NCBI GenBank assembly: GCA_964519515.1
Contig: CAZFIJ010000042.1
Span: 33-64,032, forward strand
DNA length: 64,000 bases
Source: an uncultured Nitrososphaerota archaeon
Lineage (GTDB): Archaea > Korarchaeota > Korarchaeia > Korarchaeales > Korarchaeaceae
Direction of reading: 5' to 3'
The translations under genes were made by a program, and so were the position numbers. Positions within the stretch are counted from its first letter, which is position 1. Every line of letters starts with the position of its first letter. This document shows positions 17,352-24,916 of this stretch, piece by piece. Below the pieces are notes generated by a model. The model did not search any database and was not told the DNA's origin. It worked only from the letters and a program-made list of their open reading frames with translations.

Positions 17352-18717
17352 TTTCGCTAAAAGCGAATACCTCATCCTTAATACGCCTCAGTGACGATAA
17401 ATTACCTACAGAGATGTAGATGAAGCCCGAAGCTTCTGCTTTCTCCTTATCTATTATCAACCTTCCATCTAAGAGCAGTACAGGATCCCTACCAACTAAC
17501 TCCCTCACCCTCCCGAGATCCATCTGCTTGAACTCACTGTGATCGCTCACTATTACTATCGCATCAGCGTCCTTCACAGCTTCCTCGAGCCTATCATAAA
17601 ACCTAGCCCCAAAAGATTCCTTCACGATAGGATCGTGGACTTTCACTCTATAACCTCTCCCCATCAACTCACCTATCAGATATTTAGCGGGGGATTCTCT
17701 CGTATCGGCCACATCCCCTTTATAGGTCACGCCGAGTACACAGACGATCCCGCTCCCTGAGTTCTTCCATCTGAGGAAGTCATCTATCAGATTTACATAA
17801 TGAATGGGCATCGATTCATTTAACTCCCTAGCTATGTTTATTAACTCTGGTGAATATCCATTCTCTCTTGAGATCCAGGACAGGAACAGAGGGTCTTTCG
17901 TGAGGCAACTTCCACCGACCCCTATACCAGGTAAAAGCATATTCACTCTAGGATGCTTATTGACGAGTTCTCTGACCTTCCTGACATCGCTACCGAGAAC
18001 CTCACAGATCCTCGCTACTTCGTTAGCGAAAGCTATGTTCACATCCCTATAAGCGTTCTCGACGAGTTTAGCTATCTCTGCGGTGAGAGGATCTGTTATC
18101 TCTATTTCACCTTTAACGAAGCATTCATATAATATTTTTGATAGTTCTGCAGATATGGGATCTTTCGCACCGATTACTCTGTAATTGGATATCAATTCAT
18201 CTATTAATTTCCCGGGCATCGCTCTCTCGGGACAATAGGATACGAACACGTCCTCCCCGGGCTTTAGGCCCGCTTTACCTATCTCAATGAGTAGGATATC
18301 GAAGGTCTTGGGAGGGAGAGTACTCTCAACTACTATGAGACCCCCCCTATTTATCGTCGATGATGCGAGCTTAATCGCATCCATCAGCATCCCGAGCTCT
18401 ATAGTTCCGTTGACTCTGGGCGTGGGGACCGCTACTATTATCACATCAGATCCCTTCAGCTTCCTCTGATCATTAGATGGGAAATATCTAGACCCTAAGT
18501 GCTTTAGCAAGAGATCTCTAACTTTTTTCTCATTTCTCAGCCTGGTTATTCCGTTGGATAGTTCTTCAATGAGTTTAGAGTCCACATCGTAACCTATGAC
18601 GCTGAACCCCGAATCCGCCAATAAGAGTGATAGAGGGAGGCCTATATATCCCTGACCTATCACTGATATATGGGCGCTCCTATCCACTATCTTATTCTTG
18701 AGCTCATAGGGATTCAT
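17329..18717 (-). CDS. nucleotide-sugar dehydrogenase (UDP-ManNAc/UDP-glucose dehydrogenase family)
   Basis: 462 aa with Rossmann motif VIGQGYIGLPLS and catalytic-Cys motif GIGVGGSCLTKDP. Confidence 0.85.
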   Translation of the reverse strand: MNPYELKNKIVDRSAHISVIGQGYIGLPLSLLLADSGFSVIGYDVDSKLIEELSNGITRLRNEKKVRDLLLKHLGSRYFPSNDQRKLKGSDVIIVAVPTPRVNGTIELGMLMDAIKLASSTINRGGLIVVESTLPPKTFDILLIEIGKAGLKPGEDVFVSYCPERAMPGKLIDELISNYRVIGAKDPISAELSKILYECFVKGEIEITDPLTAEIAKLVENAYRDVNIAFANEVARICEVLGSDVRKVRELVNKHPRVNMLLPGIGVGGSCLTKDPLFLSWISRENGYSPELINIARELNESMPIHYVNLIDDFLRWKNSGSGIVCVLGVTYKGDVADTRESPAKYLIGELMGRGYRVKVHDPIVKESFGARFYDRLEEAVKDADAIVIVSDHSEFKQMDLGRVRELVGRDPVLLLDGRLIIDKEKAEASGFIYISVGNLSSLRRIKDEVFAFSETISKVPL

Positions 18718-18764
18718 TTTAGGTCCTGGATACGAGCCATCGACCCCTCAAAAACGGTACTATT

Positions 18765-18791
18765 GAAACAGATGAAACTGATGAAAACGAG
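18765..18791. repeat. three tandem ~9-nt units (GAAACAGAT GAAACTGAT GAAAACGA)
   Basis: Read directly in the 95-nt spacer between the rps17e 3' end and the start of the dehydrogenase gene. Confidence 0.5.
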
Positions 18792-18812
18792 TATTTTAGG
18801 GAGTATTAACCG

Positions 18813-19016
18813 TTATACGAGAGTACCCTGCCTCTCTCTGACCTTCAGCCTTGTTATATAACCTGCTATTCTATTCCTGTAAACCTTAGATTTTATCTCA
18901 GCTATCTGAGATAAGATCATCTTATTATGCTCAAAGTCCTCAGTCCATAGATCAGGGTACTGTTTAACGAGCTTGTATGCCACTCTCTTTATCGCCCTCT
19001 CTCTTACCGTCCCCAT
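18813..19016 (-). CDS. rps17e: 30S ribosomal protein eS17
   Basis: 67 aa. MGTVRERAIKRVAYKLVKQYPDLWTEDFEHNK is a typical eS17 N-terminus. Confidence 0.9.
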   Translation of the reverse strand: MGTVRERAIKRVAYKLVKQYPDLWTEDFEHNKMILSQIAEIKSKVYRNRIAGYITRLKVRERQGTLV

Positions 19017-19071
19017 ACTGATCCTCGAATTGGAGCATCAGCCATTATTAAGCGTTACCACTGAGGGGCGA

Positions 19072-19085
19072 AGAGATTATATTTA
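19072..19085 (+). promoter_or_regulatory. putative TATA box (AGATTATATTTAGC) upstream of the candidate H/ACA RNA
   Basis: The A/T element is centred ~25-27 nt upstream of position 19107, where the predicted lower stem begins. Confidence 0.35.
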
Positions 19086-19106
19086 GCGACAAGTGACGTA
19101 TTAGTA

Positions 19107-19190
19107 CCGCCCGCCACCAAATGACCCCGGAGGTAGAGAGGAAAGCGTGGGCTGATCCGTGACCTCTGGGGACTAGTTGGCGGGCGGACA
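19107..19190 (+). ncRNA. candidate single-hairpin H/ACA box guide sRNA
   Basis: A 10-bp lower stem (19107-19116 / 19178-19187) is followed immediately by ACA (19188-19190). An internal loop (8 nt 5' side, 6 nt 3' side) and a 10-bp upper stem (19125-19134 / 19162-19171, one G-U) follow, then a 27-nt apical region containing UGAU and GA. The segment is GC-rich and non-coding, between rps17e and dnaG. Confidence 0.5.
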
Positions 19191-19216
19191 TTGAGTTTAG
19201 GGGGAGGATTAGCTTT

Positions 19217-20422
19217 ATGGAGAGTAAGAAGGAAGCTACGCACCCTAAATATATTGCTAAGCTTGAAGTATCGGTAAATGGTGTTGTGGAGACTAGCGAT
19301 GTCATAGGAGCGATATTCGGGCAGTTAGAGGGTCTTTTAGGCCCTGAATTGGAGCTCAAAGACCTTCAAAGGACTGGAAAAATTGGTAGGATAAATATAA
19401 GGTTGAGGAGAGAGGGCGAGGGTTCGAAGGGGATAGTTGAGCTCTATTCAGGGCTAGATAAGGTAAGAACGGCCCTTCTAGTCGCAGCTATGGAGACGAT
19501 TGACAAAGTCGGTCCGTACCAGGCGAGCTTCAAGCTCATAAAGATAGTAGACGAGAGGGAGGAGAGGAGGAATGATATAGCAAGGAGAGCCGCTGAGATA
19601 CTGAGGAATTGGTCAATAGAGAAGGAAGATAGCTTCAGAAGGCTCATAGAATTTGTAGAGAGGGAGAGCGCTAAGTCCAACTTCATACTCTACGGGGAGG
19701 AGCAGTTACCGGCTGGCAGAGGGATAGAGGAAGCATCGGAGATAATAGTAGTAGAGGGAAGAGCTGATGTCATGAACTTACTTAAGTACGGTTTTGATAA
19801 CGTAATAGCCATGGGAGGGGCTTTAGAGAGAGTTCCTAAATCTTTAGAGAAATTAATAGAAGAGAAAGAGGCCATAGCTTTCGTAGATGGAGATAGAGGT
19901 GGCGAAATGGTCCTAAGGACTCTCTTAGAGCAAACAGATATAGATTATGTGGCTAGAGCACCTGAGGGAAAGGTAGTGGAGGAATTGACTGCTAAAGAGA
20001 TAAGAAAAGCTCTCTCATCCGCTGTACCAGCGGAAGAAGTGAGAAGGGAGCTCGGGATATCTCCGCCTAAAGCGAAACTCTTTACCGAGCCTGAGGCGCA
20101 TGAGACGAGATCAGCTAGGGAGATAAATGAGAGGATAATCAGGGTCCCGGAGATGTTCAGGGGGTTTTATGAGAGGGTCATGAATACCGATAAGGTTATC
20201 CTTCTAGATGAAGACCTCAGGGTCCTCAAGGAGACATCAGTCGCAGAGCTCCTGAATGAACTGAACGAAATGAAGGGTGTGAGATACATAATATATGATA
20301 GGATAGTTACCCAGAGGATAGTTGATAAGGCTTACGAGATCGGTGTTAAGGCGATAGTTGGGAACGTAGCTAAGGATATCGTAAGGAAGGGCGTTGGTCT
20401 CGCGATCTACACGATACAGTGA
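19217..20422 (+). CDS. dnaG: archaeal DnaG-type primase (Toprim domain)
   Basis: 401 aa. N-terminal AKLEVSVNGVVETSDVIGAIFGQ and Toprim block IIVVEGRADVMNLLKYGFDNVIAMGG...FVDGDRGG. A GGGGAGG Shine-Dalgarno-like element lies ~10 nt upstream. Confidence 0.9.
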   Translation: MESKKEATHPKYIAKLEVSVNGVVETSDVIGAIFGQLEGLLGPELELKDLQRTGKIGRINIRLRREGEGSKGIVELYSGLDKVRTALLVAAMETIDKVGPYQASFKLIKIVDEREERRNDIARRAAEILRNWSIEKEDSFRRLIEFVERESAKSNFILYGEEQLPAGRGIEEASEIIVVEGRADVMNLLKYGFDNVIAMGGALERVPKSLEKLIEEKEAIAFVDGDRGGEMVLRTLLEQTDIDYVARAPEGKVVEELTAKEIRKALSSAVPAEEVRRELGISPPKAKLFTEPEAHETRSAREINERIIRVPEMFRGFYERVMNTDKVILLDEDLRVLKETSVAELLNELNEMKGVRYIIYDRIVTQRIVDKAYEIGVKAIVGNVAKDIVRKGVGLAIYTIQ

Positions 20423-20426
20423 TTAG

Positions 20427-21503
20427 GTGGATGAAGTGAGGATATTGGAGGAGGACCTCAAGAGAGGTCTCATTAAGCTTAGAGTAGATAACTTAAACGA
20501 TATCTATTGGTTGGCCTCTATAATTGAAGAAGGAGACCTCATTACGATGAAAACACTCAGAAGAGTGAAGCAGGAGGGGATAAGAGCTGATAGTGGTGAG
20601 AGGATCCCTATGATACTGACTATAGAGGTCGATAAGGTGAAGCTAGATCCATATTCATCTAGATTGAGGATATCCGGCGTTGTGAGGGTTGGTCCAGATA
20701 AATTCGGAATCCAGGGGCAACATCATACCTTTTCCGTTGATGAGGGATCTTCCTTGACAATAATAAAGAAAGAATGGAAGAAAACTCACTTGGAGATATT
20801 GAAGAGGGCTGAGAGCATGTCTGAGAAGGGAGAGATTCTTCTCGTAGCTATGGATGATGAAGGTGCTACTATAGCGAAGGCGAGCTCCATGAGGGTCGAG
20901 GAGATCACTTACATAAGGTCGAGGCTACCATCTAAGATGGATACGAGAGGAAGGGAGGGGGAGGAGAGGAGATACTTCTCAGAAATTTTAGATACCATAA
21001 GGGAGCTTTACTCCAAGGTAAAACCTAGAGCGATAGTTATAGGAGGGCCTGGCTTCTTCAAAGATAGGTTCCTTTCCTATGCGAGGGCCAAGGACCCGGA
21101 GATAGGGGAGAAGATGAGGGAAGGGGATGCTAGTAACGCTACATTCTCAGGGGTGCTGGAGATGATAAGGAGAGGGGAAGCAGATAAGGTGCTGAGGGAG
21201 CTAGATCTTGCCAAAGATATGGCTGCTGTTGAGGAGATATTTGAGCTACTATCTAAAAATTCCGATTTAGTGACTTATGGGGTCGAGGAGGTATTAAAGG
21301 CAGTGAACCAGGGCGCCGCTGAGATCGTCCTCATATCAGCCTCAGTGTTCTTCGATCCAGATATGAGGGATGAGGTATTCTCGTTAATCGAAGGATGCGA
21401 GAGGACGAGAGCTGAATTCAGGATAATTGACTCAGCAAGTGAACCGGGAGAGAAGTTAGACGCTATAGGTGGAATAGCAGCTAAGCTCAGGTATCGCATC
21501 TAA
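20427..21503 (+). CDS. pelA: Pelota (Dom34-like mRNA surveillance factor)
   Basis: 358 aa. The N-terminal Sm-like domain [22 protein letters not shown] and the eRF1-like central and C-terminal domains are present. Confidence 0.9.
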   Translation: MDEVRILEEDLKRGLIKLRVDNLNDIYWLASIIEEGDLITMKTLRRVKQEGIRADSGERIPMILTIEVDKVKLDPYSSRLRISGVVRVGPDKFGIQGQHHTFSVDEGSSLTIIKKEWKKTHLEILKRAESMSEKGEILLVAMDDEGATIAKASSMRVEEITYIRSRLPSKMDTRGREGEERRYFSEILDTIRELYSKVKPRAIVIGGPGFFKDRFLSYARAKDPEIGEKMREGDASNATFSGVLEMIRRGEADKVLRELDLAKDMAAVEEIFELLSKNSDLVTYGVEEVLKAVNQGAAEIVLISASVFFDPDMRDEVFSLIEGCERTRAEFRIIDSASEPGEKLDAIGGIAAKLRYRI

Positions 21504-21616
21504 TATGTAATACTTCCGTACTCATAGCAGCGGTAATTCTCTCAATTTGAGCTTCTTCAAGTAGATCCCTAAGAGCCCAATGAACAAGGACCTGCAACTC
21601 GGAGCGATGTTAGGTA

Positions 21617-22327
21617 TTAGAGTTCCTCGCTTAACCTCTCATCGAACCATCTCTTGACGCTCTTCAGTTTGAGGATGGCCTCCTCCGCAGTTTCAATGGG
21701 TAGGAGTCTATAACATATGTACAACCCAGTCTTCCCCACGACCCTCCTCTTGGTCAGGATGGTTATCCTTTCCTTAATGACTCCCTCGTCGATACCTAAT
21801 ATCCTCGCTGTAGCACTCTCATAACCGATTACAGGGAATACTAGATGACCAGTTTCCACTGGGAAAATAAGTTTCAGCTCTTTATTCACTCCTGGCTTTC
21901 TGATACCCCTTTCTATCTCCTCCAAGCTCACTTTACCACCGAAATTGTAGAACTCCCTCTCGCTCCTTCTAATGGATCCCAGAGGGATAGAGACGACGAG
22001 CTCTTCATCGAAGTGTATATGATATTTCGGTATGCTTCTGGGCGATGCTTGAACTATCTCCCTGTAATATGGATTACCCAACTCACTGGAGAGTATATCC
22101 TCTATGAAGGATAGGGGAAGGGAATAATCCAATACTATTACATCGAGATCGCTCTCTTTCCTCACGTCACCCCTTGCGACACTCCCATAAATGAATCCAG
22201 TAATACCGATTTTCCTCAGAACCCTCAGGACATGAGCCCCTCTGCCCCTCTTCTTCCTCAGTAACTCCCATCTATCCTCATCGTATACTTCCTCGCCCTC
22301 AGGCTTTATATTGAGTGATTCATACAC
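21617..22327 (-). CDS. Pol-beta superfamily nucleotidyltransferase-domain protein, function unknown
   Basis: 236 aa with NTase signature YGSVARGDVRKESDLDV, plus a ~130-aa C-terminal domain of unknown function. Confidence 0.65.
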   Translation of the reverse strand: MYESLNIKPEGEEVYDEDRWELLRKKRGRGAHVLRVLRKIGITGFIYGSVARGDVRKESDLDVIVLDYSLPLSFIEDILSSELGNPYYREIVQASPRSIPKYHIHFDEELVVSIPLGSIRRSEREFYNFGGKVSLEEIERGIRKPGVNKELKLIFPVETGHLVFPVIGYESATARILGIDEGVIKERITILTKRRVVGKTGLYICYRLLPIETAEEAILKLKSVKRWFDERLSEEL

Positions 22328-22336
22328 CTGATTCAG

Positions 22337-23005
22337 ATGATGGATTCCCCTAAAAATATGATATGCTCGAGGTGCGGATCCCCCGACGTGGTTTTGATCA
22401 GGAGATACTCGGGGGAGATTTTGTGCGAGAACTGCTTGAGGGATTCCCTATTGAGCCGTATGAAGCGTACTGTTAGCAAATATAGTTTATTATCGAGGGA
22501 GGATAACATATTATTCTTAAGGACGAAACTACCCTACGCGGAGATCCTCTTCGATCTTTTCATGGAGATGGAGTCTAAATTTCCCGTTAAAATAAGTTCG
22601 ATAGATCTGGATTTTGATTCTAGAGATGAGATAGTTGACCTGCTCCGGGAGATATCGAGGAATCTCATTTCCTCTAGGGAAAAGGTGGTTCTTCCATTGA
22701 TCCTTGACGATGCTGTTTCCCTACTCCTGAGATCAATATTTACTGGCTCTCCAGATTTCCTAATAATATCAGGTAGACTTTACCTCCTCTTAAATGAGTT
22801 AAGCAATTTCGTTGCCCCTTTCATCGAGATACCAGTTGAGGAGTTATCAGCTCTCTGCGGAGGCTCCAGATATGAGGTCAGAGATCCCTATATGAGGATG
22901 GTAGAGGAGTTCGAGGAGGAGAGTCCGGGGATCAGATTCAATATTTTGAGGTTCATGGAAAGAGCAGATTTTTTAAGAGCGATGGGGCTCGGTAATCGAA
23001 AGTGA
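22337..23005 (+). CDS. degenerate PP-loop (NcsA/TtuA/CTU-like) paralogue lacking the SGGxDS ATP-binding motif
   Basis: 222 aa. It shares an N-terminal CxxC...CxxC finger, the block R.KRTV.KY, an LDD block (VVLPLILDDAV vs VLVTGHNLDDLV) and an ESPG block with the NcsA-like protein at 45190. It has LFLRTKLPYAE where SGGKDS is expected. Confidence 0.55.
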   Translation: MMDSPKNMICSRCGSPDVVLIRRYSGEILCENCLRDSLLSRMKRTVSKYSLLSREDNILFLRTKLPYAEILFDLFMEMESKFPVKISSIDLDFDSRDEIVDLLREISRNLISSREKVVLPLILDDAVSLLLRSIFTGSPDFLIISGRLYLLLNELSNFVAPFIEIPVEELSALCGGSRYEVRDPYMRMVEEFEEESPGIRFNILRFMERADFLRAMGLGNRK

Positions 23006-23017
23006 TAAGGTGGTAAC

Positions 23018-24457
23018 ATGTCCGAGAGAGAGGCATATGAGGTCGTACCTAAGGGTGAGGATTTCTCTAGGTGGTTCGATGAGGTGATCTTCAAATCGGA
23101 GATACTTGATGAGAGATATCCCGTGAAGGGAATGTACGTTTGGCTTCCATACGGATACGAGCTTATGGAAAACATAATGAGCATAATGGAGAGACTTTTA
23201 AGACAGACTGGACATAAGAGAGTATATTTCCCTTCAATAGTCCCTGAAAGCGTCCTTAGTAGGGAGTTCAGATTCATAAAGGGTTTTCAGGATTCCGTGT
23301 TCTGGGTAACTAAGCTCGGAAGACAGGACGCCCCTGAGAAGCTCGCTCTCAGGCCCACCAGTGAGGCTATAATGTATGAAGTCCTCTCTAGATGGATAAG
23401 TAGCTATAGAGATCTCCCGATAAGGATCTACCAGATAGCCCCTATCTACAGGTATGAGACTAAGGCCACGAGACCTATGTTGAGAGTTAGGGAAGTCGCG
23501 TTCTTTAAGGAAGGTCACACATTTCATGCGACATACGAGGAAGCCGTTGAACAAGTTAACTTAGAGGTCTGGATATACAAGAGCTTCTACGATGAGCTCC
23601 TCATCCCTTACATAGTGGTCAAGACGATGCCATGGGACACCTTCCCAGGGGCTCTTTACAATTACGATATAGTCACTATAATGCCAGATGGAAAGGCCCT
23701 GGAGTTAGGGAGCGCGATAAATTTCGGTGATCTATTCGCTAAGACATACGACCTGACTTACATGGATGAGGATGGGAAGAAGAAGAACGTCAACACCACA
23801 TCCTTTGGGATATCGGAGAGATCCCTCGCTGCCGTCATCGCGATACATGGAGATGACAGAGGCTTGAGGCTCCCTCCGAAGATAGCACCGATACAGATAG
23901 TCATAGTTCCCATCCCGACGAAGGATTACGAGGAGAGGATACTGGAGTACTCTAGGGAAGTGAAGTCAACGCTCGAGAGGAGCTTCAGGGTCCATCTCGA
24001 TGAGGGTGAGGAGAGGCCAGGCTACAAGTTCTATAAATGGGAGATGAAAGGCGTCCCCATTAGGATAGAGATCGGGAGAAATGAACTAGAGAGAAGGGAA
24101 GTTACGGCGTTCAGGAGAGACAAGATGGAGAGGAAAACTATACCCTTTGACGAATTAAATGAGAGGATCTCCGAGCTCTTAAAGGATATAGAGAGAGTTC
24201 TCTCTGAACAGGCATGGAACTACTTTATGAAAAGGATATTCCACGCTAGGAATATGGAGGAGCTCATTGAGAATATCAAAACTAAGGTGGTATCGTTCGC
24301 ATGGTGTGGTAAAGAGGAGTGTGGCCATGAGGTTGAGGAGAAGGGCGGCTACGGTCTCTTAGGATATGAAGAGGATGCTCTGAAGGGCAGAGGGGAGAAG
24401 TGTATCGTTTGCGGTGATGAGGCCAGACATAGGTGTTGGATAGGAAGATCTTATTGA
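23018..24457 (+). CDS. proS: prolyl-tRNA synthetase (archaeal/eukaryotic type)
   Basis: 479 aa. FSRWFDEVI, class II motifs LRPTSE and FKEGHTF, and a C-terminal Zn-binding region CGKEECGHEV...CIVCG. Confidence 0.95.
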   Translation: MSEREAYEVVPKGEDFSRWFDEVIFKSEILDERYPVKGMYVWLPYGYELMENIMSIMERLLRQTGHKRVYFPSIVPESVLSREFRFIKGFQDSVFWVTKLGRQDAPEKLALRPTSEAIMYEVLSRWISSYRDLPIRIYQIAPIYRYETKATRPMLRVREVAFFKEGHTFHATYEEAVEQVNLEVWIYKSFYDELLIPYIVVKTMPWDTFPGALYNYDIVTIMPDGKALELGSAINFGDLFAKTYDLTYMDEDGKKKNVNTTSFGISERSLAAVIAIHGDDRGLRLPPKIAPIQIVIVPIPTKDYEERILEYSREVKSTLERSFRVHLDEGEERPGYKFYKWEMKGVPIRIEIGRNELERREVTAFRRDKMERKTIPFDELNERISELLKDIERVLSEQAWNYFMKRIFHARNMEELIENIKTKVVSFAWCGKEECGHEVEEKGGYGLLGYEEDALKGRGEKCIVCGDEARHRCWIGRSY

Positions 24458-24574
24458 ATTCTCTTTTTAAAAACCTCTTCTATTTATCATAATCACTCTT
24501 ATTGTCTGGCAGTGGATTACCTTCCCCAGAGGAAACCTTTTATTCTGGAGGTGGTATGCTGAGCGGGTGATAGT

Positions 24575-24916
24575 ATGACAAAAAAGAGAAAGAACAGGGG
24601 TAGGAAGTTGGGAGGATCTGGACATGAGAGAACTGTTCAATGCTCACAATGCGGGAGGGTTATACCAGCTGATAAGGCAGTGAAGGTAACGAAATGGACG
24701 TCTCCCGTAGGTGGGAGCTTGGGGAAAGATCTGGAGAGGCAAGGGGCCTATATCTCTAAGAGACTTGAGACCAGGTATTACTGCGTGAGCTGTGCAGTCT
24801 ACTTGGGCATAGTCAGACCAAGGGCAGAGGAGGAGAGGAAGGAGGCCTTGCCAATAAATAGACCGTATACAAAGAAACAGGTATCCAATTTACCGCTCAA
24901 ATTCCTCAAGGTCTGA
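24575..24916 (+). CDS. rps26e: 30S ribosomal protein eS26
   Basis: 113 aa. MTKKRKNRGRKLGGSGHERTVQCSQCGRVIPADKAVK and a second Cys pair YYCVSCA. Confidence 0.85.
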   Translation: MTKKRKNRGRKLGGSGHERTVQCSQCGRVIPADKAVKVTKWTSPVGGSLGKDLERQGAYISKRLETRYYCVSCAVYLGIVRPRAEEERKEALPINRPYTKKQVSNLPLKFLKV

